Shown piece by piece: positions 12,401 to 25,064 of a DNA stretch of 64,000 nt (positions are counted from its first letter, which is position 1; each line of letters starts with the position of its first letter). Position numbers and translations under genes: made by a program. Under the pieces are notes generated by a model that saw only the letters and a list, made by a program, of their open reading frames with translations, had not been told where the DNA came from and searched no databases. The stretch is from the NCBI GenBank assembly GCA_051942205.1, contig JAVECO010000019.1, positions 1 through 64,000 on the forward strand, read 5' to 3'. Source of the stretch: Coniocarpon cinnabarinum (Eukaryota).

Positions 12401-14409
12401 TGGATGCGTGCGCTGTCAAAAGTCAAGTGCGTCTGGTAGAGGTCCTCCATGTGGCGGTCCAAGGTTGTGCCAATGGTTTGATTCAGCCAATCTTCATCCC
12501 ATCGATTGGCCATCATGGCCTCTTGGAATATCTCATGGAGGACGGTTCCGTATACGATCGGCGGAGTTGACTCGCTCGCAGCTTTGACACGATCCTGTAA
12601 AACAGCCTTGCGCATGCAGCTGAATGAGTCTGCCACCGCCAGTGCAGATATCAGGTGATCGGGATGTAAAATCAGCATGTTTTCATCGTCATTGATGACA
12701 CAGTGTCCTCGCTTATCGAAATACCCAATGACGTGGACATAAGAGCCGGTCGAACATCTGGTATCATACCATGAGTCACGTAGGGTAATTGCCTTCAACG
12801 CTGAAGTCTTCTCATCTTGGACAGACAGCACCTGGTTAGGAATTAGCTCAGACTTATTCACAAGAAAGGAGGATGCACTGACCTTTTGCATCTGCTTTCT
12901 GCCACTGTCACTGATATGCTCACTTTCGAAGACGTCCTTAATAAGGTAGCGTTGAATCGCGCGGTGTCTCCGCTTGACCTTGAAGAACTTAGCATTGCAA
13001 TCTATATTAGAAGTATATTAGGGTGTAAATACAGATGATTTTGGACGACTAGAGATGGAATGAGATTGGGTTGCCGTCGCCTCTGCTGCAGCAAACAACT
13101 CCTCATCAACATCATCTTCGTCGTCATCGCCATTGCCCACATCACGGAAGTCTTGGTCTGGTCCTTTCCGTTCGTCTTGTATCCAAGGATCCTGCTCGAC
13201 GAGAGGAGCTGCTGCCGCTGCCAAGACGTCGTCGAAATCATCGTCGGAGATGTCATAGTCATCGTCAAAGTCGCCCTCATCGATCATGATTGCCTCCGCA
13301 TCTGTGCTCTCATGTGGTTGTAAAGATATTTCGTTGGCTTGTTGCTCCTGCGCGCTCGGAGACGACAACGGGTCGCTGCCATAGTCTGAAGGTGCTTCAG
13401 TAACAGGAACACCTTCCTGAGCTGCGCGTTGCACAATATCGACGCCACTTGCATTGCCTCGTGCTAATGCAGGTGCCCGTAATGGTGATATTGATTGGCG
13501 ATTGAACTCCTCATGTCGCTCGGGAAGCGGTGAGGAGCTTGACGGTGCTTGATCATCCTGGTCAGGAGTCTGCTTTGACCGCTCAAGGTCTTCCGAGATC
13601 TTTTCGAGCAAGGTTCCGATCCGTAAGGCTTTTGTCCGATCTTTCGGTGGCGACTCAACCTCGCCACTTGGCCCATCAAAAGCCGCCGCAACGTCTTCTA
13701 CACCCGTGCCTGTCTCAATCTTCCGCCGCTTGCGCTTCGAGTTGGGAAAGCCAAGACCACAACTTGTCCATCTTCGAAGACCGCTCACATTGCCCGTTTG
13801 CTCATCGTGCGCGTAAGGCGACGACGGTGTGAGGCCTGAAGTCAGATTTGCTAGCTGTCGTGCCACAGGCGTGTCCCTCGTGACCCCGAGGTTGTACTTG
13901 TTCCACAAATCAGTCGCAGGATCTGTTTGCGGCGTGCGCAGCGACTGTTTCAGTTCTTCGAGGTCCAAGACTGCCTTCTGCTTTGCTTTTTTCATCGCAC
14001 TACATTGGGAGGCTGAGGGTGGAGTAGAGCTGTGAGCGCGTTTGTGTCCACGTGCGCCGGGGTTGGCCTTGGAGTTTGAAGATCGTGGCGATCTGGTAGC
14101 CTTCCATCCAAGCTGTTCTTGAGGCGAGATATCAGATCTTCTCCTATATGCACCGGCATCTTCGTTCTCGCCAAGCAGATCTGCAAGAGGGAGACGCGTT
14201 GCAGGTGTCGAAGGTGGACGTTTGTTCGGACTCGCCTGCGATAACCTCTGAGACTTCTGCGGACTTTCGCTAGGTATGGTCTGAAGGTCTATGGCTTGCG
14301 CATTTGGATTGGAGAGGTTTTCCTTGTTGTCATCCACACGTTGCCTCGGCTGACCTTGTGCAAACTTGAATGGCTTGACAGGTGGGGCCGGCACGTCAGT
14401 AGATGGCAT
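9475..14409 (-). CDS. DNA2: DNA replication ATP-dependent helicase/nuclease Dna2
   Basis: Nuclease motifs GLKGNIDAT and ELKTG, Fe-S cysteines CSKC..C, Walker A GMPGTGKT, DEASQ, FQGRDKE and RVNVAVTRAR. Introns 12979-13032 and 12832-12882 join the disordered N-terminal ORF (13018-14511). Start codon uncertain. Confidence 0.95.
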
Positions 14410-14514
14410 TGACGCACTTGCAGAGATCAGTGCGAAGGTCGTGACCTTAGAACATGGTACGATTGACCATAAGTTTGAACCAAAATGTGCGCAGTAAATA
14501 GAATGCCTCAAACG

Positions 14515-14569
14515 ACGCGTCTTGATCGCGTCGGATGAAAGCTTGGCAACGGCGACCCCAGTGACGCGA
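14515..14569. promoter_or_regulatory. MCB (MluI cell-cycle box)-like cluster upstream of DNA2
   Basis: ACGCGT 14515-14520, TCGCGT 14526-14531 and ACGCGA 14564-14569, just upstream of a DNA replication gene. Confidence 0.55.
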
Positions 14570-15439
14570 GGCGGCCCCAGCCGTCTAGCGTTCCGGATAT
14601 TCAGCTGTCACTGTCACGTGACTGAATTCTTAATGAATGTCAAATCTTCACATAGCATCGAACAGTGGCGTCTTTGCCCGCAACTCGCATGTCAACATGG
14701 GCCATTTCCTGAATTCTAAAGTTTCAGGGCGTCAAGGATCGTATTACCATGACGTGCGATCCTATCGGCTTGCAGATGTCAAATCCATACCCTGGACAAT
14801 GATGTGATGCTCAAAGAGACGTCACAAGCAACATGATTACTTGAGGGGTCTGCACGACATGTCTCTCGTCCTCGGACAAAACTTGCTTGAGCCGTCATTG
14901 CGAAATTCAGACGTTCTGCACCAACTTCCCTGGCTTGTTGACAGCTAAGTGAGGAGCATTCAGATGATGCTGGTGCAGTTCCTGCATGCGTTTGCGAGAC
15001 TGTGCGTATTATTATCGAGCAGAGTTGCTCAGTTCCCCGCCCTCACATCGCACCCGTCAGACATGACAAGGGTATTTAGTTCCGATGTGCACGCAAGGGA
15101 GCTCCACACCCTATCATGCAAGCTTTAGGTCACTGCCCCAACTGACGCCGGATGTTTCGGCGCACTACTCCCGCTCTGTCAAGACAATGCGGTATGATCG
15201 TTTTCAAACCGGCTGAGCTTTTCCGAGGGAGGGAGTTGGAATAAGGAAGACATCCGAGCAACCTCCGCTCGCTTGCGAAATCGCTAACTTGGACGACATC
15301 GCACGCGCTAAGACAGAAACGGGCAGTGCTCGTGTAATATTTGGAACCGCATATAAAGCTCATGGATCGCAAAATCATGAGGAAAGATTGACTGACGGCG
15401 TAAGAATCACGAGAAAATTATCGTATACATACCTATTTC

Positions 15440-16684
15440 ATGGCACTGACAGCCGATCAAATATCCATCATCAAGCAAACTACTCCTATCCTTGAAGACC
15501 ATGGCATCGCCCTCTGCCAGCTCTTCTACAAGAATCTCCTCAGCGACAACAACGCTCTAAACGCTGTTTTCTCGCAAACGAACCAGCAATCCGGTGCTCA
15601 GCCCCGCGCCCTTGCTGGATCGCTCCTAGCATACGCTCAAAACATCGATAATCTCTCTGCACTCGGTCCAGCCGTCGAGCGAATATGCCAGAAACACGCC
15701 TCCATGTACATCCAGCCAGAGCAGTATGCGACAGTCGGCGAGTATCTCCTTGCCGCCATGGCGCAGCTTCTGGGACCCGCTACGTTTACTGACGACGTCA
15801 AGAACGCATGGACGGCGGCGTATTGGCAAATTGCGAATCTCATGATGACGCGGGAGAAGCAGCTATACGAAAGTGATCCCGCGTGGAATGGCTGGCGGGG
15901 CTTTGTCGTTGCCGAGAAAGTCGTCGAAGCTGAGGGCATGCTTAGTCTGACATTACGACCGCAGGATGGCAAGGAATTGCCGGATTACCACCCTGGTCAG
16001 TTCATCAGTGTCAATGTTGAGGTGCCACAGTTGGGTTACAAGCAGACGCGGCAGTTCTCATTAAGTGATCGGCCGTATCCTGATCACTACCGTGTTAGTG
16101 TGAAGAAGGATCAGTCGAGCAATCAGGGACAAGGATGTGTTGGCTTGCCTGACGGCGTGGTGAGCAACATCATCCATGACCATACCCGGCTTGGGGACAT
16201 CATCGAGGTCTCAAAGCCGAGAGGCGTCTTTTTTGTGGATGTGAAGCAGGAAACGGACAGACCTCTGGCTCTCATCTCAGCAGGTTCCGGCGTCACTCCC
16301 ATGGTTGCCATCCTGGAGTCATTAGCAGCGAAGCGATCCCGAAGAAGCGTCAGGTGGATCCATGTGACTCGGAACTCGAAGGCGCATGCCTTCAAAGATC
16401 GCATCCGCGAGCTCGCTAGCCAGCTTGGAGCAGTCGAAGTCCGCACTATATACTCGCGCCCGTTGCCGGAAGACGAGCAGGGACAAGACTACAGCATATC
16501 AGGACGCGTCAGCTCAAGCGAGCTTGTCGGAGAGGACATCCCAACACATGCGGAGTGTTGCGTTTGCGGACCTTCAAAATTCATGGACGACGTGTCTGCA
16601 GAGCTGCGAAACCGTGGTGTGCCCGAGCAAGCAATCAAGATGGAGCTCTTTGGCACTGGTGGATTGCCTGAACCAAGAGGCTGA
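15440..16684 (+). CDS. YHB1: Flavohemoglobin (nitric oxide dioxygenase), intronless
   Basis: Globin domain (FY..L, QPRALA, ICQKHAS..IQPEQY), FAD-binding PGQFI and RQFSL, NAD-binding SAGSGVTPM, CGP, C-terminal ELFG. Confidence 0.95.
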   Translation: MALTADQISIIKQTTPILEDHGIALCQLFYKNLLSDNNALNAVFSQTNQQSGAQPRALAGSLLAYAQNIDNLSALGPAVERICQKHASMYIQPEQYATVGEYLLAAMAQLLGPATFTDDVKNAWTAAYWQIANLMMTREKQLYESDPAWNGWRGFVVAEKVVEAEGMLSLTLRPQDGKELPDYHPGQFISVNVEVPQLGYKQTRQFSLSDRPYPDHYRVSVKKDQSSNQGQGCVGLPDGVVSNIIHDHTRLGDIIEVSKPRGVFFVDVKQETDRPLALISAGSGVTPMVAILESLAAKRSRRSVRWIHVTRNSKAHAFKDRIRELASQLGAVEVRTIYSRPLPEDEQGQDYSISGRVSSSELVGEDIPTHAECCVCGPSKFMDDVSAELRNRGVPEQAIKMELFGTGGLPEPRG

Positions 16685-17044
16685 TGTACAAAGAAATAAT
16701 GAATTTATATGTTTCTTCGATCGAACCTGTGGTTGAAAATCAGTTTTTCAATTTTGCCCAAAGAGCGATCTATTCGAGACCAAAATATGATCATACATGA
16801 CCTGCGCCACATGGATGAGTACATCGTGTCTATTTTCAATTCGCTGCCAATGCATAAACTGTTCTGTATTTCTCAACACTGCTGGACTCCCACTTTGCAA
16901 TCGCAAGAAGATTGGTGTCGCTGGGCAGTGACGGCTTGAGAGCTTCTGCCATTCTCATGTTAGCCGTCACCTTTGCTGTGTGCGTTCCGGTCCATTTGGT
17001 GCTGTACCCGTATTCGAAATCTATGTTAATACTTCTCTTGACTT

Positions 17045-18049
17045 CTACTCTCCTCGCATGGTCCGGAAGAAGTCCATGACTCCAGTGAAGACAACAAGGA
17101 GAATGCCTCCACCGGGTCCTAACCGCAGGACCTTGGGCAGGAAGCCCTTGTAAAGGGCACTGGCGCCTTCTTCTCTCATGACTGTGCCCAATGCAGGCCA
17201 TGCCCTGCAATGTAAATGTCAGTAACGTGCATGGCAAAGTCAACTTCCTCATTCCTCTCTGTCGACTCTGACTGTATGACAGCGTTTTGGGAAGCGAACT
17301 CACCAGTTGTACTTTGGCACACTGCCAGCCACCTTTGGACTGTTCTGTATCCTGCTCTTCACAACATCCATCGGCGTATTCAGAACGGTGCCCACAGTCC
17401 CGCCAACAGCACCACTCACGAGATCATTCGTCACTTGGCTGCGCTTATCCGTGGCCTTAGGTAACAACCCCCGGACCTGGAAGATGCAGCCAAAGTATCC
17501 CGCATTCCATAAAATGTGCCGCCACATCGTACTCTCCAGCCCATTATACAACGCCAACACGCCCTCCTGTCTCACAGTCTTGGCCACACAATCCACCATC
17601 CCGCTATACTTCCCCGCCTGATTCCGATCCTGCAATCGAATCTTCACCAACTCAAACGGGACAACAACGAAGCTCTCCGTCGCGCCGGCAGTCGCACCCG
17701 TCAAAATGCTCAAACTCTGACTCATCTTATCGACGCCAAACGCCTTTCGATAGACCTTTCCCCACTCATCATTCGCTGCGAACTTTGTCGCTCGCTTCGG
17801 CGCTTCCATGAGGATTGGTGCGCCGATGCCGCGGTATAACCGGCCTGGACCTTCGCGCGCGATGATCTTCCGGAAACAATCAACCATGCCTGTGTAGTGG
17901 TCGCCGCCTGCGGCTGCAGCGCCGGTTTGTAATTGGACTCGGGTTTTAACCACGTCGAGAGGGTACATGACGAGGATTTCGGAGACGCCTGCGATGGCGC
18001 CGGCGGCGAATTGGTAGACGAAGGGGAGGGGTTTGGCGTCTGTAGTCAT
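17045..18049 (-). CDS. ODC1: Mitochondrial 2-oxodicarboxylate carrier (SLC25A21/Odc family)
   Basis: PLPFVYQFAAGAIAGVSEILVMYPLDVVKTR, EAPKRATKF and three PxDxxKxR-type carrier signatures. Intron 17205-17303; last exon ...KVLRLGPGGGILL...RGE*. Confidence 0.93.
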
Positions 18050-18409
18050 GGCGACGACGTTGCGGGGAAGGGCGTGAGGAACTTGTTGAGTTGCGCGGAG
18101 CTGCAAAGGAGGGAGGATTTGTTTTCGGAGAAGGGACACTGTCTGTTACGGCAGAGTGTGATCACCGGTGGGGACAAGCCGCATTGAGTTGGCTGCGGGA
18201 CGCAGGGCTGCGGGCGTAGAAGATAAGATTGTATGGGTAGATAGTAGGTACATAGGTACTGTTTGGTTGCGGAGAAGTTAAAGAGTAATCTCAATTAATT
18301 GCTAACAAGCCGGTGTTGTTGCCGCATGCCGCCTCATTTTCTCAGGGCACACACAACATCGTCTTGCGCTCAACTCACGAAGTGTATTAACTGCCATACC
18401 AGCGAACAT

Positions 18410-19168
18410 CTAGTCGTTCCTAAGATGCCTTTCTCGATGCGAACGTCTTCGTCTTCTGGGTCTCGACTCGTCCGTGTCGGAATCCTTGGAGTAGGCCAAT
18501 TGGATACGCTCCCGTTCTGATCGCCCAATCTTCAGATGTCCTAGTCGCATCCACAGACGTTTCTCCGATCTCTTCGCATATGGCTGTCCGCCAGCCGAGT
18601 CGGCGGCACGACCTTTCCCTTTGGACCTTCCCGAAGACGCTGCCTTGGAAGACTCTACTCTCGGAGACTTTGTTTTGGAAGACTCTGCTTTCGGAGACTC
18701 TGGATCATTTTGTGGTTGTTGACTGTTGCTTTCGGACAGTGTTGCGTTTCCGAAAGTGTAAGTCACGAAGGCAATATCGCCGCGCATACCAGATTTGATG
18801 CTGGTCAGGGGGAACTTTCGACCGTCTTGAGCTTGGTAATGTTCATTGCGCAAGGGGTCGGGCAAAGGAAGGAAGGCCACTCTGCGTTTGAACGCCGCGC
18901 GTGCCCCGTCATCCGTGTCTTGCTCAGGGTCTTTACCCTCACCCGGGCCTGGAGAATCACTGGACTTCTCAGGAGCTTCGTGATCTGCAGACCCAATAGA
19001 AGCTGCCGGGCCCGAAGACGTCGAGTTAGAAGCAGCCGAGGTCCTTTTGGAGGCTCCTCTTTTGCGGCCACCGAACTTGAAAAAGCCTCCGAGTATGATG
19101 GATCTTTTACTGCTTTCACTACTGCTGTCGTCTCGTGGGTGACTCGAATTGCCATCTGAATCCATGAA
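18410..19168 (-). CDS. Orphan array gene 1: Ser/Arg/Lys-rich disordered protein
   Basis: Open ~250-aa frame from MDSDGNSSHP, TATA-like TATAAAG on the minus strand at ~19316-19323, basic C-terminus RPRRRRRSHRER, internal 10-aa duplication SPKAESSK/SPRVESSK. Confidence 0.65.
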   Translation of the reverse strand, partial: FMDSDGNSSHPRDDSSSESSKRSIILGGFFKFGGRKRGASKRTSAASNSTSSGPAASIGSADHEAPEKSSDSPGPGEGKDPEQDTDDGARAAFKRRVAFLPLPDPLRNEHYQAQDGRKFPLTSIKSGMRGDIAFVTYTFGNATLSESNSQQPQNDPESPKAESSKTKSPRVESSKAASSGRSKGKGRAADSAGGQPYAKRSEKRLWMRLGHLKIGRSERERIQLAYSKDSDTDESRPRRRRRSHRERHLRND

Positions 19169-20937
19169 CGCGTGGCGTTGACGCGAAACGCCTATGCAGG
19201 ATGCTCTCAAAAGCTGCAGATCTCAGGATGTTCTATTGCGCACTGGATGGCGTTCCAAGGAGATATCAACGCGAAAGTCTTGCACATCTTGAACCATCAA
19301 GGCCTGATGAAATCACTTTATATGCGCTCGACCAGCACCGCGCAACTACGACCCAGGAAACAGAGTGCGTCAGAGTGCGTCAAATACTATATTTAAGCTA
19401 AAGAACAGCTGTACGCATTGAAGCGCATTGAAGCTTGTGCAGTAACCGCGAGACGACCATTGCCTCAGCTCTCGGATGCGCATCCGTTCCCTGGGGATCC
19501 AGGAATGAAAGGCTTTAGCTGTAGGTAAGCCGCTGGAGAGGTACCACATGGCTGGAAGAGTGCGTAGGCCCCGAGATTAGACTGCGATGATTCACACATG
19601 TCGCCTCTTTCCCGAACTTAGGTTCGAGGATGTCGCATGCTGCCGTGCCTTGCCCATGTTTCAAGCTGCACTTGTTCTGCACTGTAACGCGGACCGGGAC
19701 CTCACGGGTTGCAAGTGTCGCGGGATGGACCAGATCGGATGTGGAGCAGCCGCGTGTCTCCGTCGTGCCGCATGTCTCGAGTGTGTGATTATGCGACTTC
19801 TTCTGCGATTCGGCAAAGAGATCGCCGCGGAGCTTGTTCGGGCCGTAGGTGTCGCTACACGTAGCACATCAGTGGGCATTTGGCCACGTATCCTTGATGT
19901 ATCTTGATCTGCCACGTCGAATACTGTGAGGTCCCTGGCCGCCGGCACCGGCTCACCGTCAAGGCAAGCACGGCGCTGGACGAAGCTTCTGGTATTCGAC
20001 GTCTCGTCCTAGGAAACCCTCGAGTCAAACGTCGAGCGCATTACTGTAACACGCTAAACATTGCGTCATAGGTAAGCTTTCCTAGATGGGAAAAAAGCTT
20101 TAATACCCACAGCGGGACAGCAGCCTCCCATGCTGCAACACGACTGTAGATTCGTCGGTGAGAGAAGATCAAGGAAGAAAGGGCGATCTGTTGACGACTC
20201 CACCAAGCATCATCGCTTGAATGAAGCCTCGATCTGTTTTAGATTTTGAAGCAAACTTTAGTGTTAAAGCGTCAGCGACGGCGCCCTAAAGTTGGAGTGG
20301 GTAAAATTAAATCCGAAGTCCGGTGGAACAAAAGCCAAAGATTAATTTTTCACTAGCTTAGTCAGAAGCGTTCTAATGTACGTAGGTATGTTTTTATTAG
20401 CGAAAAATCCTATAAAAAAAAGCTTTAAAAAGGTCTATATAAAACTTTCTATTAGTAGTAGTGTATTTGCCACGTGTGATCTACCCGAGGTTTTAGAAAA
20501 GGCTCGACTCCCCTTTTTGTGCAGCAAAACAATGCTCTGTCTGATGCGCAGACCGACGTCTTCTCTTCTCTTCTCTTTTGCATTTTCTTCCATCCTCGTT
20601 TCTTTGCAGTTTTTAGAATCCAATCAAATGATGAGAATACTGAAGAATCAGTCTTAACCCTCTAGTAATCGCAACGAAACCCGTTGGAGCACCTGTGATC
20701 AAATGACAAAAGGTGCATGCGCGCAACGCCTTCCTGGTAAGGTACAATAGGGAAGCTTTTCTAAAAGCCCTTGATGGAAGTCCTTTCCCGTTCAGGGCTA
20801 CGCAGCTGTGTACAAACCTCCACGCGAACTTCGCGCGGTAGCGCTCTGCTATGGAATCTCGAGGACGGCGACAAACTCCTCCAAACGGTACCTTCGCCGC
20901 CTTGATCTTTCTTGCAGATCAATCTTGTTATCCTCAT

Positions 20938-21718
20938 CTACTGTCGAGTCATCTGCCGGCCACGTGCCCTCATCTCTTCCGAGTCACTTTCGCTACCATT
21001 GTTACCCTCACTCTCAGAGCTTGGTTCGGAACTGCTCGCTACCGCTTGTGATGAGACAGGTGAGCCCCCCATGGCATCTCGGGCCTTCGTTCTGGCTGCC
21101 TGCTTTCTGTCGTGGTCACGCTGTCGCTTAAAGAGTCTTCGCTCCGAACCGCCGGCTTTTCCGATAAGCCTCTCCACATGGTCCATGAGACTATAGTGTT
21201 TCTTACGTTGTCTCTCGAGACTTTCTGCGCTCTCTTAAAAAGACGTCTGCAATGAGCTCAATCAGCTTCACTGCTTTGCAAATGACCTTCATTACTTGCC
21301 TGTGATGGCTTTCGAGTTACTCGCGGGTGTTGTTCGCCATAGTACATCTCTCTGGTTACATAACTAGGGTTTGTAGGGTCACCGCGATCGTCATTTGGGA
21401 GAACTTTCTGTGTGCCGACGAACGGGAGGTAGTGACGTCCTATGCAAATTTTCCGGTAAAACGCTGGCACCCGTGGTGATCCGTTTGGCGTGACAGAGCG
21501 GTGTGATGAAATGCTTCCGGATCTCGAGGAAGATGCGCTTTGACGAGGGTCGTCGACTTGGCTTGAACCCTGTGAGTGCATCGAAGCCGATTCATGTGTG
21601 GAGGGTCCCCTCGATCTTGAGGAGTCATCTGGCATAATATGGTTTGTATCATCTCTAGAATCTTCATTTGACGGATTCTGAGTTGCTCACCTCCGCTATG
21701 TGTACTGTGTTGATCCAT
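20938..21718 (-). CDS. Orphan array gene 2 (spliced)
   Basis: Exon 1 MDQHSTHSG (21718-21691); GT-AG intron 21629-21690 joins in frame to ORF 21258-21635. A probable second intron near 21230-21295 (boundaries uncertain) joins the frame SLERQRKKHYSLMDHVERLIGK (ORF 20938). Confidence 0.6.
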
Positions 21719-22339
21719 AAGTCGAACGTTGATCTGCAAGCGTTTACCAGAATTGCAAAGTATCAATGTCTACGAATGATGACGTGATTACTGGGGAGTC
21801 CTGGTATTTTTCTCAATGTCCGATTGTACTATGCAGCACGTGTGCTTCAGTCGCTCAAATAGTGTTGCTTTGTTCACACAAAAAGTCTTGGACACATGCC
21901 CATTGATAGCCAATGTTATATAATCTTCATGTAGATCTGTTTCAACGCAAGAATGGGACGTCATTTTGCTTACAACGTTTGCCTGAGGCTATTGCAAGGT
22001 CTTCACCGTCAGTAAAAGCGAGATACTGCTGTCTCATTTGACGACCAATGGGTCATGATGGAGATTGAAAGCCTCAGGAGCTGTTTGCGTGTTGATTTTT
22101 GGCCCCAGCTCCCAAATGCGGGCCATGACACACGTACCCACATGTCTCGCCCGAGTGAATGCAAGTTGTCCACACTTGTGTTCAGACATGTTGCCAGCTG
22201 TTCATGCTTGTGATTCTCAAAGTATCGCTCTTAGTACGGCAGTCGCCATATATCTAGTTGACAAATCTCCAGGACGGCAAAAAATCCTAAAGATGCTCCT
22301 CGCCTCATCAATCTATCTCAAAGCTCTGATATTTGGCGC

Positions 22340-22898
22340 TCATCCTTGGGAGCTGCTCAGTCTCCCACTGCTGCTATCACCCTCTGTTCCTGATTTCGAA
22401 CTACTATATGACTTGAACGGTGACCTGTAAGGCTTCTTCCGCCAACCATTGAAGAAGCGGCGATTTCTTTCTCGTTTGGATCCATCTGCGAGACACGTTC
22501 CTTGTCCTTAGACGCGATCGGCGAGAACGAGCAACGCACCGTGGCTCAGCCTGCTTGCCTCCCTTCATGGGCATACTACCGCTTCTAATTTTAGAACTGC
22601 GAAAGCTCAAGATAACTTGTGAGCTCCCGGAGGTGTGCAACCACGCGGTTATTGTTTTTAGCGTGGCGATTGTCGCTGTCTGCGCTGGCTTGAGACACTG
22701 TTAGCTGTAGTGTTGCCTCGTTCGCCTCACTACCTTTCGAACGATCATCCTTATTTGCTTGCGATGCGCTTTATACGAAGCGTACGTATGAGTGCTGACA
22801 AGGGGAAGGATGAAATCTCATAGATTTATCTTGCGATGCTGCTCAGGTAGCTGTGACGTTACATTGTGTGCTGATGAAGGCTCTGGAAAACTGCTCAT
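22340..22898 (-). pseudogene. Orphan array locus 3: pseudogenised paralog of gene 2
   Basis: One frame reads ..RHAKNNNRVVAHLRELTSYLELSQF*N*KR*YAHEGRQAG* with five in-frame stops (22771, 22591, 22585, 22576, 22546). It aligns ungapped to RQRKKHYSLMDHVERLIGKAGGSERRLFKRQRDHDRKQA of gene 2, with KR* opposite KRQ. Confidence 0.6.
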
Positions 22899-23533
22899 TC
22901 TCAACTGAGGCGTTCCTCTGCTAATGCCATGCCTGTACAACCTGTACAGATGGATGCAATAGGGCAGTTCGATTGAAACGTAGACGACTCCACACAGAAG
23001 CTGAAACCACGGCGTAGCTCTTCTGCTCATCCTTAGCCCCAAATCACGAAGAGGGGCTGCGGCACTCGCACAGATGTGCCTCATCGAAAAAGATGCAAGG
23101 TGTCATACTCTTTGCCAATTGTTAACCTTCAAGAGTCCTGGAAAATCACTTCGATGCTGTTTTAAGATGTCGCGTGACTTCGTCGCTCGATTTAAACGTG
23201 TCGCGAGCTGCAGCAAATTTGAGACATGTTACTAATGCAAATATTGAATGCCTTGAGGGCGTCCCCATAGACTTACAGGCAATGATTAAGGTGCAACAGA
23301 GTGTCGGGTCAGGCATCGGAGTGGCATTTCAACTTCCAGTGCTTGGCGCACAGGACGTCAAAGCCTGGAGGGTCCGTTGAAACACGCGTATCTTCACGAA
23401 TGGAAAAACTTTCAAGTTTGAAGCTGGTCAATGGCTTCTGTATCGCCATCTAGTAGTATCGCTTGTCCAAGAACGTTCCTTTACAGTTATACCTTTGACT
23501 GAGATTCAAAGTAGGAATGCTACAAATCCCTTC

Positions 23534-24154
23534 TTACTTACGCCCTCCTCCAAGAATCTTTGACATCCCCGTGTTTGATCGACTAAGTGATTCCTTTGCC
23601 GTGCCGTCACGTCGGGCTGCACTTTTATTGGCCAGCCCAGAGTGCTTCTCTCTCTGTCTTAGCGACTCATGTTTTTCATGCAATCTCCTTCTCTCTTCAT
23701 GGTACTTTGACTTCAGCTGAAACCGTTCCAAAAGTCTTGCAGCCGCGTTAACAGCAAACCGGTGGGATTCTCCAGTCTTTTCGAGCTCTTGCTCAGATTT
23801 TAGTAGGCTCTCTCTACTTTCCTGGGAATACGTGCGGGAAGGAGCAGGGGTTTCCGCACGCGACTCATCTTTTGCAGCACTTTTGAAAGGCCATTTGTGA
23901 TGTCTTCGTTCTCTGGATTCGTTTCCTTGATTAGAGTTGAAAGAAAAATGCGATTGTGGCTGCTGCAAGTCTGCATTGTCAAAGTTATTCTCAGAGAGCG
24001 CTGCATCATGTTCAGCGCCGGGATTATTAGGAACTCGCTTGGAAGTGACGTAGTTCGAGTGAATATTAGAGTCGCCAGGCACATATGGGGTGTTTGGAAC
24101 GGAAGGACCATGAGCTGAATATGATGGTCCGTAGGTGATTGCTCGGCGAGACAT
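23534..24154 (-). CDS. Orphan array gene 4
   Basis: 206-aa ATG ORF; ELEKTGESHRFAVNAAARLLERFQLKSKYHEERRRLHEK aligns ungapped with the helical motif of gene 2. Confidence 0.7.
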   Translation of the reverse strand: MSRRAITYGPSYSAHGPSVPNTPYVPGDSNIHSNYVTSKRVPNNPGAEHDAALSENNFDNADLQQPQSHFSFNSNQGNESRERRHHKWPFKSAAKDESRAETPAPSRTYSQESRESLLKSEQELEKTGESHRFAVNAAARLLERFQLKSKYHEERRRLHEKHESLRQREKHSGLANKSAARRDGTAKESLSRSNTGMSKILGGGRK

Positions 24155-25064
24155 TGCGATGACTTGATGCCTTGAGCTCCTGAGAACAGTTCAGTTAATG
24201 GGCTTTTGCACTATTCCTTCCGCGAACTCGAGGAACAAACTACCGGCTATTGAATGTTTAGCTGTCTTCAGATCAGCTTTGGTATGACGATTGCTAATTG
24301 GGTTCAAAAATATGGAATGACATTTTCGAGGCTGAATTCGAGAGACGTTCGTTTTAAATGTCAACAAACGCATATGCGTCATCACCGCATCACAACGAAG
24401 TGTGCGACGTGTCTTTGCCTCATACGCCCCTATTGATCTCGACACCCATGGTCAATCTTCGATTGATCATTTTGCGGCGTTAGTAGACGGCGTTATTACG
24501 TGGCGTACTGCAGCGAGGCGTCGCAATGAGCAGAGGACACGGTTGTATGTGCAAAGCTTTTCGTGTATGGCTCGGAGTCACCAGCAATCAACCGACCTCT
24601 AACGCCGCCGAGGTGGGCTCGAGTATTAGCAGGAGATCTGTAGTCGGTCATCATCAGCGGGCAGGCAATCTATCCATTCTTGACAACAGGTGACGAAAAC
24701 CAAATAGGTGGAGAACATTTTTTGTGACTTGAAATTGGTGCTCTTTTGGCCACGCTGTGCACTTTGGAAGATGTCGCATGTGTGCATGGATGTGATGCTT
24801 AAGCGGCAAAGTCACCGCCTTTGCACTTCCCGTGTGAAGACGTGTCATCGCCGCACGGTGCCCTGTGATGCTCCACAACCAATATGTTTCACAACTTCCT
24901 CATAGTTTGACAACTCTCCCCTAGCAGCTGAGCCAGCTTGTCGCCATGCGTCATTCATTATTAATTCTTCAGATTTTCGATTGCTTTGTCGGCGCATCAA
25001 ATACTTCACTAGATACTCCCCAGTGGCCCTAGGCGAGGAGTATTCGTGCCTGATATATCGGGCT

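Noticed and set aside
15440..16684. Recent horizontal transfer of the intronless flavohemoglobin
   Set aside because: Flavohemoglobins are widespread in fungi and composition matches neighbouring genes; cannot be supported without a phylogeny.
19361..19435. Short tandem duplications (CAGAGTGCGT x2, GCATTGAAGC x2; similar ones at 42471-42518 and 61511-61533)
   Set aside because: Two-copy slippage-type duplications with no further structure; not CRISPR-like.
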